DNA of 63,622 nt, the filler included, from Phoronis australis (lineage: Eukaryota; Animalia; Phoronida): the NCBI GenBank assembly GCA_002633005.1. It is 9 parts of 9 records of this genome, joined end to end, with 100 filler letters (N's around TTAATTAATTAA, not from the genome) between each part and the next. Parts side by side here need not be neighbours in the genome. Positions count along the whole stretch, not along the records: positions 48,431 to 54,402 come from NMRA01002247.1; positions 54,503 to 57,259 come from NMRA01003444.1; positions 57,360 to 60,289 come from NMRA01000300.1; positions 60,390 to 63,622 come from NMRA01003134.1; 5 more parts are not named here. The stretch is one strand, 5' to 3'. The notes below the pieces were generated by a model. That model was given only the letters and a program-made list of their open reading frames with translations. It had not been told where the DNA came from and did no database searches. Position numbers and translations under genes: made by a program. Position 1 is the stretch's first letter. Every line of letters begins with the position of its first letter. Below are positions 50,791 through 63,460 of this stretch, piece by piece.

Positions 50791-53249
50791 CTTAAGTCTA
50801 TATAGCTCAAGAAGTTGTGCGATAAAAATAGTGAAGCGGTGTTGCAATGGCGTGTCTAATTTCGACAGCCGTTATGCAGCTCGAGAAGAATATCACGTCA
50901 CTTTTTGGGCATTCCCTAAGCCCAAAAGTGATGTCGAAAGCCGATTAAACGATAGATCAAACTGTGTTGACGGCCACACGAGCAGCTGAACGTCATAATA
51001 TTACTTGATTACTTGAAGGTTAAACAAAAATATTTTTTTCAAAGATAAGTACCTTTTAGTTTGGTGGCTATAGTGTAGGCCTATTTGATTTTTATCTCAG
51101 AGTTTCTCTCGTCTGGCCGCCTTTCTCTCGACACCTGCTGGATACCTAAGCTTTCGGTAGCTGTAAGCCCCAGTTACCGTAAACTGTTGTTTTTAAAGAC
51201 ATTTTTCATTTTTCATTTATTTTTTCCTGACATTGTTTGAACATCGTTTTTATCGTGGCAAAAGTGACGTACATTTTTTGTTATTCATATACTCGTACAC
51301 TGAACTTCTCTTCAAATTTGACAGATTCTATCGGTATCGGAATGGCAATGGATTCTTGAATTCAAAGCCATGTTCGAGCTGTTATTCCTTTATGTTGAGA
51401 GCCACTAGTTTACACTTTGCCTGTAGAGTTAGAAAGAGCTAATTTTGTTCAAACATGATACCTTGATTTTTGAAACTTTAAAAGAAGAATTTGAGTTATT
51501 TTTCTCATTAAAAAGTCAATTTATTCTACTATAGCAGATTTGCCATTAGTTGCAAACATATCCCAATTTAGCGATCATGCCACGTTTAAAATTAAACTAA
51601 ATGAAAACTACCTTGATGCAATGAAAATGCAAAAAATATGAAGTTCATCAGAAGGTTGGCCTGATTTAAACGTCTCCCTGCCTAGGATATCTAATTAATT
51701 TTAAGTTTCGATAAAACTGCATCTAGCGACATTAGTTGCTCTCAGATTGGTACATGTATCGGAAATAATCTCATCCAGTCTAACATTAAAGAGGCATGGA
51801 ACGCGGAAGTTCGTCAACAATATGTTTCAAATAATTCCTGACCAACGTCTAGTACAAATTAATTCACTTTCCATTGTGAGAAAAGTTCTAGAAAAAATTG
51901 CAAAAAGCACGATTTTTGAAATACATATGATAGAAGAACGTTGTGGTTACCACACAGTTTCTAATCTCCCTCCCACTTATGATAAATGCACGCATGCGCT
52001 CACAGTCATATGCTTGAAGTCAAAGGTCAAACTTTTCCATATAAGGGAAATATGGTACGTCTATATCTGGCCATACCAAATAAGAAAACATGATTTGCCT
52101 TGGGCGAAAAATGACTAATTCTGTTTCAATGGCAGATAATCACTGGCGGCATTGCAGTTTAGCCTGTTTATGCCTCTTGAACTGCCTATGGACTAGTATA
52201 GACAAAGGAGACACGCTCAATTCCTGAGAAGACAAGTTCAAGTATTGTTACAGATAATGTGAAAGTGAAAACATCCCTCCTTTGTGATGCTTTTATTCTT
52301 CATTAAATTAAAAGGGCACGCGCCAAGTGAAATTAACATTTATTTTACAAGTGACTTCAGTTTCAATCGGAAGATCTAGAAACTTTGAGCATCCACAGTG
52401 CTTCACTTGTTCTTTGAATGTTAATTTCTCAGTAAAGTCCACCTGCCTTAATCCTGCGATTTGACTGTCCTGTAACGAAATATTGAAGACCTTGAAAATA
52501 AAAGGCACATCAACGGCAGGTGACATGTACTAGGACCTGCATGCTAGAATCCTTGACTTTCAGTTGCTCGTACATGTGGAGAACAAAAATATAAACTGAT
52601 GCGTTTATCCGTCACCTAGGAATTTTGCAATATTGCGCTTTCTTATCGATGAACTTGTACCCATTTTTAAGAAACTAGAGATTTAACAATGTAAGATTTG
52701 CTGTTCAAAATCAAAACTGGAAATATCCAAAATGTTAAAACATGATGCATGTGACAGCTGAGGGTACATGTAGGTTAACAGCCACTAGAAAGGAGTGTCA
52801 CAAAACGATTTCAAACAAACTCAGTATTTCTATTAAAAGAACAGCAAAGTAATCGCTACAGTGTAGGCGAATTTCCTGGGATCAAGGGCGCTTTCATTAA
52901 AGATAAAGTTCATCAAATAGGGAAATAGTCTGCTTCACTTAGTGAAATCTGCGCAATGTTTTGCGGGGATGTGCGTGATTTTGTTGCTGGCAATGAAACC
53001 TTTGAGACCACTGCCCATGAAACACTTATACCAAAGTAATAAACGAAAAATGAAACTACGCACTGCACTGTTGTGCGTTGTAAATGAGAAGTTACAAGGT
53101 CTTGGGAAGGAAAATCTAAGTTTAAAGTCCTTCTCTCACGCGTTGTTAACCCTTATTACATGATTAGAGGATGTTATAAGGATCCAATAAGTACCTACCC
53201 CATAACTAATACACGATCCGTACTCGAAAAAAGTTTAAATGAACGCGCC

Positions 53250-53560
53250 ACTCACGATTCGCACCCGAAGAACCACCGCCACGGAACTTGCCGCGAACCC
53301 GGAAGTACAATTCATTCAGGAACCCAGGCTAAGAAAACGCCGTCAGTGTGAGTGCCTGTTACCAGCCTGAAAACCGGGGATAAAATAATCGACAGCGCGC
53401 CTTAATTTTAATTAAATCAAAATACGGACAATTTTATCGAATTTGCTGAAGAAATGTGGCGAATAAATTTTGACAGAAATTATTTTGCCAGACTCGGGAC
53501 CGCAGCCTATCGGACCCGGTGCCGATCGAGACCAGACACTGGCGAACGGTAAACGCATGC
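53250..53560 (+). promoter_or_regulatory. Possible CpG-rich promoter / non-coding first exon
   Basis: Local CpG enrichment, ETS consensus CCGGAAGT at 53299 and donor-like GTGAGT at ~53348; no downstream gene identified. Confidence 0.25.
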
Positions 53561-53896
53561 GGTTGCAAGCTGTTTTGTCGAAGTTAAATTGTCAAATCAT
53601 AAATGCTGCATATATTCAAGGGTAGTTTCAGACTCTTGCATGAAATTACGGGCTGGTTAGTCCTGTGTCACACTGCCGCGGCAGACTTTAGTTAGCCTCA
53701 GTGCCAGCTACCAGTGAAGACTATCGTCAAAATACAGCTTGTTAGTAGGCCTATAAAGCTTTGCGCCAAGGCTACCCTTAGGCCTAACTGGTCGCTGGCC
53801 GCAGCGCTCGCTCAAACGAGGTTTATTTAGAACTTGGGTACTTCTGGCGAACTGTGCAAAGTTATTGGCTTTCAATAGAGATTTCCCCAGGCTTTG

Positions 53897-54125
53897 TATG
53901 AGCGCACCAAGCCTAAAAGAATGGGGGGGCTGGATTTTTGGGAATGTCTATCTTTTACTATAAGATTCAGTGGGTATGTTCAGAGCTATGAATTGCAGAC
54001 GCTAAATTTTGGTACTTCCTGTCTTCTAGTGGAATTTTGTCTCATTTTCTAGTTTTTTCGGAATTCGGGCTTCTCTGACTGAGGCAGACCTTTTTCCAGT
54101 TCTCCAAAAAGGGAGCTCGTTAGAG
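53897..54125 (-). mobile_element. MITE family A, copy 3
   Basis: ATGAGCGCACCAAGCCTAAAAGAATGGGGGGC...GGTATGTTCAGAGCTATG...GAGCTCGTT. Confidence 0.7.
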
Positions 54126-55040
54126 CACATAAGTATGAGAAGTCCAATGCAAAATGTTATAATTTTTATTCATTAACCCAAAATGATTCAAACTTTTAAC
54201 ATAATACGTAACTTAAAATGCACAATACTTTACAACATTTAGCACTACAAAGACTATTCAACAGCAAGTTTCCATGATATGAAAGTGGACATACATGTAA
54301 CTATTACTATGGTGACGGAATAGTGATTCCTTACACCAGAATTTGACAAGCATCATTTAAAAAAAATATGAAGTTGCAAGGAACAAGAATTAGAGGCTTG
54401 AANNNNNNNNNNNNNNNNNNNNNNNNNNNNNNNNNNNNNNNNNNNNTTAATTAATTAANNNNNNNNNNNNNNNNNNNNNNNNNNNNNNNNNNNNNNNNNN
54501 NNGCACGCCAAAAGATTCTTTTAACCAGGCCGAAGGTCAGAAGTTACGGTCCTACCGCCGAACTTTGAAAGCTGAAGTTCCCGCCCTTTGCGTAAGTGCT
54601 GCCGGGAACCAGCCGTGCATTTGCCGTGTTGTTAAACATTAAAATGTCAAATATGTGCACAAAGACTATTAAATGTCATATCAACAGCATTTATTTTTAT
54701 CAACTACAAACAATAATTCATTGAAATACAATCAGTTTCAAGTAACGCCAATTAAAGACAAGTATAAGTGGTGGCATTTTGGAAATGAACATTTGACTGA
54801 CAAGACCGCAATGGCTCACCTTTAGCCTATTTAAAGANNNNNNNNNNNNNNNNNNNNNNNNNNNNNNNNNNNNNNNNNNNNNNNNNNNNNNNNNNNNNNN
54901 NNNNNNNNNNNNNNNNNNNNNNNNNNNNNNNNNNNNNNNNNNNNNNNNNNNNNNNNNNNNNNNNNNNNNNNNNNNNNNNNNNNNNNNNNNNNNNNNNNNN
55001 NNNNNNNNNNNNNNNNNNNNNNNNNNNNNNNNCGATTTAC

Positions 55041-55132
55041 CTCGTTTCCGACTCAGTGAACAAGCCTACTCTCTCCATTTGCTCCAGTTCAGGGAGCATC
55101 TCTTCGATGCTTTGTTGAACAAACTCTGCCAT
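55041..55132 (-). CDS. UTP6: U3 snoRNA-associated protein 6, first coding exon
   Basis: ATG at 55132: MAEFVQQSIEEMLPELEQMERVGLFTESET + AG|gtaaat; matches the conserved UTP6 N-terminus (..LPELEQ.ER.GLF). Too short for the ORF track. Confidence 0.88.
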
Positions 55133-56199
55133 TTTCTAGTACACCTCTAAGTTAAACGAAATAAAATACAGTAAAGTTGGCAAAACAACCCAACATGTGT
55201 AAGAACGGAAGCTATCCTCTTTGCGTCTCCTTCACAGAAGAGTGAGCTAGAGCACCATCTTTTGACCACACAAAAAACTCCATAGCAGGTTCCGTCCTCC
55301 AAACCTGAGATTACGGCTACATTAGTGACGTATCCGTCAGAAATTTTACCGTTGGCCAAATTACGTGAGTAAGTTAATTCTTGTTAGTGACGTAAAGTAA
55401 TTACTTGCGGTGTAAATTTCCATTTAACGGCGTAAATTAAGCATTACTTTATTTACCGTGCGTAAAGCAGGCCTTGGCACTTCTAAATGATTACTTTACC
55501 CTATAACTTGCGCACGTGCGGTAGTCCTTTATCAGAGTTGAATGTGACTTTATGTCTCGTCGCTAATTGTTTGTTTGCGAATGGACTTAAGCAATAACTT
55601 GTAGCAACTTCGACTACAAGCATAGAGCAACATCTCTTAGTTTTTGTTGAGATTTAGCTAGAATTGGATTGGATTCTATTCCAAAAGAAACATACAGTGT
55701 ATTTTATTAGCCTTGCCAAATTACGGCATTTTCTAGTTTATTTTGAAAACTACTGTGCGCTGGTCTTTGCACCTTTACACAGTATGTTTTGTGCTGTATT
55801 GTAATTTGATGGTATTTTGGGGAAAATAAAAACTTACGTAGACCTCCCGGCCATGCACATATCGTTAAAGCAAAGTTATTTATAGATTTATTTAAAAATT
55901 ATTCACCATTTTCGTCCTAACATCCATAACGTCCGGTGACTCTGAACATATTTACTGTGACCAGCTTCCAAAAAGATCGTGCCCAACTTGAGGATTCCAC
56001 TGTTTTGCATGAATTTGTTACATCAAAGGCATTGAAATTTTTTATGAAATGAAAATGTGAAACCCAGTACTGTTTTAAGAACTGGTTAAATTTGGAATTA
56101 TGTAGAAGACGGTTGCTAAATGTCTTAGAGTAGTCTCAACAACAGAATTGCGTTTAGAACCGGTTAACTGATGCATTATTGTTACTACAGTCATCTTTC

Positions 56200-57152
56200 A
56201 TCTTGGAATTGGGTAAAAAACAATCGCCGAAGAGTTACAAGGACAGAAAAAAATATTCATGTCTCGTAATCTGTCAGAGAATGCTTACTTCGCGACACAA
56301 GATTTCTAAAGCGAAAACAGAATTATTTCAAGATAAAGCAGGGGCGTGGCTTACTTAAACTTGTAACTGGGAAGAAAATAATTGTTGACGTGTCCGGTAG
56401 AGTATCAAGACGAGAAAAAATGTGTTAACAACATATTGTAACCAGTCAGAGAATGCTTGGTTTACCACGTGACTTATTGTAAAGCAGACATACACTTTAT
56501 ATTCCAAGTTTAAGCAAAGACGTGGCTTGCGTAAACTTTGAATTGGGAAGAAAACAACTGCGAATGCATTCATAGGTGTTCCAAAAGTAATAGAAAATGA
56601 ATTTATAACATATTGTAACTGGTCAGGGAATGTTTGGCTCATAACACGATTTTTATAAAGAAGAAATAAATTGAATTATTCCAAGTTTAAGCAAGGGCGT
56701 GGCTTGCTTAAATTTGGAATTGGGTACAAAACAACTGCGAATGCAATCAGAGTTATTTTAAAAGTGTATTGCAATTAGTTAGAGAATGTTTGGTTCACCA
56801 CGTGATTTTTTGTAAGCAGAAATTGAATTATTCCAAGTTTAAGCAAGTCACGCCTTCGCTTAAACTTGGAGTTGAGTAGAAAAAGAAAACTGCGAATGCA
56901 CTCAGAAGTGTTCCAAAAATAAAAGAAAATACATTTGTAATTTTTTTCAACCAGTTAGAGAATGTTTAGTTCACCGCCTGATTTTTTGTAAAGTAGAAAT
57001 TGAAATATTCCAAGTTTACGCAAGGGCGTGGCTTGCTTAAACTTGGAATTGGGTAGAAAGATGTAAATGCGCTCAGAAGTATTCTGAAATTAATAGAAAT
57101 TTAATTTAAAATGTATTGCAACCAATTAGTGAATGTTTGGTTCACCACTTGA
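56200..57152. repeat. ~177-bp degenerate satellite, ~5.5 units, each with a 17-7-17 hairpin
   Basis: TTCCAAGTTTAAGCAAG-GGCGTGG-CTTGCTTAAACTTGGAA variants start at 56326, 56502, 56679, 56831, 57008. Confidence 0.9.
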
Positions 57153-58344
57153 TCAAATATCAATCAGGCACTAATTTCAAACATTAAAGTGGCATGGACC
57201 GCGAAAACTCGTGAAAAATACGTTTTAAACGATCCCTAACCAAAGTACCTTCCTTCAACNNNNNNNNNNNNNNNNNNNNNNNNNNNNNNNNNNNNNNNNN
57301 NNNTTAATTAATTAANNNNNNNNNNNNNNNNNNNNNNNNNNNNNNNNNNNNNNNNNNNNTATGAGTTCTTACCACTATAGGCCACCCAGTAATGACTGAA
57401 CAGCTCATGTGTTCGGTGGTGTCTTCTGAATTGAAGTAAACTTTCTCACAGATTGAAACACCAGTTTTCACTGGGATTATTTCAACTTGATACTCATTAT
57501 AAACTAAATTATGGTGACAGACAGTGCTCAACGTGATTTTTTCACGGGCAAGCTAAAACAGTAATAACTAATTAATGATATGGGGAATCATTCTGAAACC
57601 CACAACAAAAATCACATGTAGTTGTAGATTCTGCACCTGACTGACAGAGAACAGAACAAGTGCCTAGAAATTAAAATCAACATTATAGTGAGTGAGAGGT
57701 GTCAATAACATGACCGAACAGAAATGCCACACAAAATCAGTGACGTGTAAATTTATCTTGACAGACAATTTTGTATGGAGTTGTCCACAAAATCAACGTT
57801 CTGAGAAACACAAAAGTCAGAAAAAAATAATTATATAAGGGACAGCCACTAAGGCCTGAGCTCACATAAGAATCATTGTCTTATGTGAATATCATGCAAT
57901 GTACAATTCCGTCACACATTCAATAAAAATGTGGGAAACATGCTTTAACGACAACCAAAAATACCACATTAATACATACTCTAGGCAATTGCAAAGATAC
58001 TATACTACATTTTTGGTAATGGTGCAACTGGGAAACAATAAGAGGCAATAAGCAAGAAAACCCATGCTCCGAACATGAATGATTTAGATGCAGATTAAGA
58101 ATTCGATGCATTACCATTGCCTGTGGTCAGTATAAGGTGTTGTGATCGCTACGGACCTGTATAGAGTGCACAACCACTGATAGAGAGGTAACTTGAGCGT
58201 GATCTGGTATTACATAAGGGAGAAAACTGAATAAGTATCAGTGGACAGGACAATTGCCTGATCATGTCAAGACATGGGGGGTGGGGTGAGTGAACGCAAA
58301 CAAAGTGAGGGATGTCACCAGTGAGTAATTGGATATGAACTACC

Positions 58345-58531
58345 ATAGGACGAGAGAGCTGGATACAATTTAAACTTCACAGTTTTCTAACACTAGAAGG
58401 TCACTTTCTGAGGAAACCTGCTTTATCCTGTTATCATNATAGGACGAGAGAGCAGGATACAATTTAAACTTCACAGTTTTCTAACACTAGAAGGTCACTT
58501 TCTGAGGAAACCTGTTTTATCCTGTTATCAT
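58345..58531. repeat. ~93-bp duplication across a single n (assembly overlap)
   Basis: ATAGGACGAGAGAGC...TGTTATCAT on both sides of n at 58438. Confidence 0.85.
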
Positions 58532-59172
58532 GCAGCTGTATTGTTACGTTACCGTCATGCGTCCACGTTTTAGCGATGGCTTTAGATGACATTTGCAAAG
58601 ACATTAAATTGAGGTTTCGAGCAAATTTCTTGAGGGAAAAGAATATGCCCCCACAGACATGAGGAGATAATTCTTGTCAGTCCATATTCAATTCAACTCA
58701 ACTCCTAGGTAAAGTTGTACCCAGATTAACTATCACTTTCACCATGACACTGACATATTTGGTTTCAATGAAACCAGTCGAACTCGAATTGAATGTGAAA
58801 ATTTTAAGTCTGAATATGCAAACTTTTGCGACATTCTAGTATTCCACAACCCGGTAAAATTTCGAAAGCACATACTCAATCCCAAAGTCAAATCACGCAG
58901 ATTTTCCTTATTTGCATTGAATTAATTGGCGCATTTATATGGGAATTATGCTAGTTTCACTGTGCGTAACAATAGTTAACATGTTGACTGGTGAGAGTTC
59001 GCTTGGGTACATTGTGGCCTATGCCGGGGTATTCCAGGTAGGGCACTAGTAGTGGGATCGGGATGTCCTTTCGCATTCAATAACGTAGATCCTCCAGAGA
59101 AACCTGAGTAAATCAGTCAAAATAGGCAATACAATAGTTACATTGGTGATTCTTAATTTTGAGAACCAGCCA

Positions 59173-59405
59173 CATGCGCGCACCCAGGGGAGGCTCGAAC
59201 GAGCACCCCCCACTTGCCGAAGTGGGCATGAAAATGTCAGCCTCATAGAAACAAAAAACTGACTAAACAAGACACAAGTCCACTAAAAAGCTGTAATTCA
59301 GGAATGCACTTTGTACAGCTCTGAGCATACCCCGTATTTTTAGTAAAAGGTCAACATGCCCAAAAATTTGAGCACCCCCATATTTTAGGATGGGTGGGTG
59401 GATGA
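59173..59405 (+). mobile_element. MITE family A, copy 4
   Basis: Starts CATGCGCGCACCCAG; TCGAACGAGC...CGAAGTGGGC...GCTCTGAGCATACC...GAGCACCCCCATATTTTAGG. Confidence 0.72.
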
Positions 59406-59813
59406 GGCAAGTGAACCTTGCAAATTATTGACCTGCAGTGATATGAGATTGCAAAATCAGGGGCTTCTAAGAATTGTTCCAATATACCCAATTTGGGAAA
59501 TGATTACACTGTGCCTTGGTAGTCCCCCCCTTGCATTGATGCTCACTGACACCTCAGAAGACAGCAATATAATAGAGTAATAGCCTTATGTGAACGTAAT
59601 GGCTTCCTCTGATAGACCTCCAGCCTGAGAAGTGTATTACGGGTGAAAATCGGACCTGAATTGCGACCTGTAGAGAGCGAACAAACAAAAAAAAACGAGA
59701 GTGCTCGGAGGAGGGACACTTGGCGGAACTAATCGAGAAGACGACGATGAGGGAGACGACGACAATCAAGACGACCACGGCGGCAATTATGAATAAGACG
59801 ATAACACGATAAC

Positions 59814-60289
59814 ATTTATGTGACTAGCGAAGAAATCAAATAGAGAGCAGACAATCAACTACAATAAAGAACAATAGATGGCCCAGCATGACGGACGAGT
59901 CATGTCTGTTGCCACATTCTAAAATAGGTGGCGCTATGTGACAGTCTGCAAAGCAAAGTTATGTTTACAATAAGTATTTGCCCTGGAATTGTACAGTCTA
60001 CAGAGAGCTATGCCACAGTAGGATACTGCTGGCTGGGTCAGTCTGGGTCAACTAGGCATAACCAAAACAAAGCCAGCCAGCTGCGTGACCGAATTGGAAC
60101 AACGGTATCCGAAAATCTCGAATTATTCAAAAGTAGACGTCGTAGCGCAAACTGAAAATTATCATCTGAAAGCCCGTTCAAAACTCTATCTAAAGTGGTA
60201 GTTTGTCAAACACCATAACATTCATGTGACTAGCGAAAAATCAAATAGAGAGCACACAATCAACTACAATAAAGAACAATAGATGGCGC
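59814..60289. repeat. ~70-bp direct repeat pair about 408 bp apart
   Basis: ATGTGACTAGCGAA...AAAGAACAATAGATGGC at ~59818 and ~60224. Confidence 0.75.
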
Positions 60290-60389
60290 NNNNNNNNNNN
60301 NNNNNNNNNNNNNNNNNNNNNNNNNNNNNNNNNTTAATTAATTAANNNNNNNNNNNNNNNNNNNNNNNNNNNNNNNNNNNNNNNNNNNN

Positions 60390-60450
60390 CAGGTTGCTGG
60401 CGTCAGGTTGTTGGCGTCAGGTTATTGGTGTCAGGTTACTGGCGTCAGAT
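60390..60450. repeat. 14-bp tandem repeat, 4 copies
   Basis: CAGGTT(G/A)(C/T)TGG(C/T)GT. Confidence 0.8.
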
Positions 60451-60617
60451 TATTTTCACCAAAAAGTGTTCTTGTAAGCATTATGTTGATGTCACATCAT
60501 TGTACAACCTTTTGTCTATTTTATTCTCATAATTGATAAAATGTCATTTAGGTTATGTGCACTCAGAGGAGCAGATTGTATTTGTGTTACTGTCAGTGTG
60601 TTTCTGTTCTATTTTAG

Positions 60618-60688
60618 GGTAACAACATCCGAGGCACTGGCTCAGAAGCTTTGGGTCGCATGCTGACTCAGAATAAAACACTGATAAG
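60618..60688 (+). CDS. LRRC45: Leucine-rich repeat-containing protein 45, internal exon
   Basis: GNNIRGTGSEALGRMLTQNKTLI + AG; 71 nt, AG/GT. Confidence 0.85.
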
Positions 60689-61255
60689 GTATTTCTTACT
60701 TTCACATTAAAAGACACGACACAAAACGTCTGGACTCTGTATGTAGTGTTGTAAATATGTCATTGTTTGCTAAATTGCTTGTTATGCGTATTCTCGTCTT
60801 CATTTGACCTAAAATCAGAACCATCAAAAGACAATAAATTTAGTAATAAGTACGCAATTAGTCTTAAGTGTACCATTCGTTATTTCTTCTCCACATTCTG
60901 CGGCAAGACGAAAATGACTTAGGTAGCATTTTCCAAATCAAGAATAAGTCAATCTTCATGGATTGTTTCCCAAATCTTGTCAATATTACTCAAGCTTTCT
61001 AAGCAATAGTTGCTCAGATTACAAATTGATTTCAAGCTTGGGCTTAAATATAACAGCATTTTTGTTGTGACTACATACCAGTTGACTAACTGAAAGGGGT
61101 GTTGTATGAATGTGAATTTATGTGATCACGCAACATTTTCCCTATTTCTATTTCATCAATACCATTTGACAAAATTTGTTAACTTTCACATGTTTGTGAG
61201 TGCATGTGCGTCCCTGGAGATTTTAAATTTTCTGACATTTTTACTTATTTTCCAG

Positions 61256-61434
61256 TCTTTGCCTTGAATGGAATGCTATGGGAATCAATGATGCATCCTT
61301 TGGCAATTTCTGTGAAGCTTTAACCATGAACAAAACTCTTGTTGAACTCGACTTGCGCAACAATCAAATCACCCACAAGGGGGCAGCAGAGTTGGCAGAT
61401 GCTCTAAAGAGAAACCACACAATGCAAGGCTTAG
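61256..61434 (+). CDS. LRRC45: LRRC45 internal exon
   Basis: LCLEWNAMG...ELDLRNNQITHKGAAELADALKRNHTMQGL; RI-like LRRs with the LEWN / LDLRNNQI.HKGA signature; 179 nt. Confidence 0.9.
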
Positions 61435-62540
61435 GTATAGTAGTAATAAAGCACAAACCCTCTTTGTCTAACAGGGGGGCTAGTGTTGTATTTTTGAAAT
61501 ATTTGTGTGTTTCTTATAATGATTTTTGCCTCCTGTTTGGGGTTTCTGGTTACCTTTTCCAACTTGATGATGTACTTTTTGTTTATTTAATTTAACAGTT
61601 GTCACATCTCATCAAATCATGCTTTAGTTTTCATATATATTCCATATTGTTTGTATCCTTGATAATCTAGCATTGACAATGTCGTGCGGAGTGTTTCTGA
61701 ATGTATATTTAAAATTTCTTTGAGTAGACTCCGGTGGCCTAAAGTCGTGAATATAAGCATAAAAAGCAGCTGATTGTCATACTACCCAATGTCCATTAGC
61801 AACTGCTCACGTGATGTCATGGACATATATCAGCCTTCACAAATATACGTGTTTTGCCAATCTTAACCCTTGTTTGTTTCCGTAAGCAGAGTTTTGAAAC
61901 GGTCGCTGATATCGCCGGCCATTTTGAATGAGGCCCTAAAGTCGTGACCATTTTGTTTGGACGGAAATGCATGAAGTAAGAACACACAAATCAACTACAG
62001 TGCTTACAGTTACTCTAGACGACATAAAAATGCATTGCATTGTTTATTAATTCAGTTTCTATTGAAATAAATTGTTACGTGTTTTGCACCCAACTTCGAT
62101 GTGCACAGACATTTTCAATGAGGTTGTTTACGTAAAACACTAAGAACCCAGCATCAGTTATCTCTCTGTATTTTATTGCTTTGGCCTTACAAAACTTGAT
62201 CGACCCTGGGACATTTTGATACATTGTTCAAGCCACACCTCGAGCGCTTGTTACAGCAAATCTGAACAATTTTAGTTTCGAATATATATTCTGAAAATAT
62301 GCAAAAAAGTGGATTAGTGAAATATGCTGTTTTAAGATACATTTGTCAAAAGAAGCCACCCACTCACTGTTTATTTTCATATTGTGAATATCAACACGTC
62401 CAGGTATTTGTTTGATGTTCGTAAGCAGACGAACGCTGGAGACTTCAGCGCTAGATGTCGCAGGACAGGGCAGATGTGGAAATAAGATCGTTTACACGAC
62501 TTTAGAACCTCCAACGGTAATAATATTTTATGGTTTATAG

Positions 62541-62669
62541 ATCTGAGGTGGAACAACATTGGCCTGATTGGTGGTCGTAGTTTGCTCACTATGTTGCAGA
62601 CAAATAAGTTCCTCTCTAAGCTGGAACTGGCAGGGAATAATACACCCGCTGATATCCTCAAAGCAATAG
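62541..62669 (+). CDS. LRRC45: LRRC45 internal exon
   Basis: [43 protein letters not shown]; 129 nt, phase 1-1. Confidence 0.9.
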
Positions 62670-62969
62670 GTGAGTGGCAATTCTGATACAGAACTTGTTT
62701 CGTTGCTACCCGTCTGCGTAATTTTACGTTAGAGATAAGTGCGTATTTTTTTATGATTGATAAGAGAACTTTGTGTTCTTTATCTGACAGTATACTTTGT
62801 CTAGTTTTCTGTTTTTGACCATCCATCCATAATTGTTGACATTTTCAAAACCATCCTACACTGGTTGGTATGCTGTATTGAAACTATCTGAAAAATTGTG
62901 AAAATCCATTACTGAGAGCAGAAAATGTGCCGTTTTTAGAGGGATTTGGTCAGAAACAGCTTTAGAAAG

Positions 62970-63280
62970 TATCTGTATAGTAATGGACAGTGTCTGTATA
63001 ATAGTGAACAGCGTCTGTATAATAGTGAACAGCGTCTGTATAATAGTGAACAGCGTCTGTATAATAGTGAACAGCGTCTCTATAATAGTGAACAGCGTCT
63101 CTATAATAGNNNNNNNNNNNNNNNNNNNNNNACAGCGTCTGTATAGTAGTGAACAGCGTCTGTATAGTAGTGAACAGCGTCTGTATAGTAGTGAACAGCG
63201 TCTGTATAGTAGTGAACAGCGTCTGTATAGTAGTGAACAGCGTCTGTATAATAGTGAACAGCGTCTGTATAATAGTGAAA
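62970..63280. repeat. 21-bp minisatellite in an LRRC45 intron
   Basis: Unit AACAGCGTCTGTATA(A/G)TAGTG, at least 12 copies around a small N gap. Confidence 0.95.
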
Positions 63281-63347
63281 AGTGTCAAAGTTTTTGATTG
63301 ATCATGCGTTATCTCCCATGTGCACAATAATTCTGTGCATGTTTCAG

Positions 63348-63460
63348 AGACTGCCCTTGGTCATAATGAGGACAGACGTGCAATAGCCAATGAATACTCC
63401 TACAGAACGGAGACCCTGAACAGGCATGTGAAGCAGCTACAGCAGGAGAAAGATCTTCAA
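63348..63460 (+). CDS. LRRC45: LRRC45 internal exon (start of coiled coil); gene continues beyond the window
   Basis: ETALGHNEDRRAIANEYSYRTETLNRHVKQLQQEKDLQ|gtaagt; 113 nt. Confidence 0.85.

Noticed and set aside
52308-52526. LIM-like HPQCFTC on + or a minus-strand exon (DSQIAGLRQ...)
   Set aside because: Remaining LIM cysteines are missing; the minus-strand candidate has no recognisable homology or partner exons.
56200-57152. CRISPR array (palindromic repeat plus spacers)
   Set aside because: The inter-hairpin segments are 110-136 bp and homologous to each other, so this is a satellite.
62946-63327. Repeat-protein ORFs (EQRLYNS / IQTLFTT)
   Set aside because: Translations of a 21-bp intronic minisatellite.
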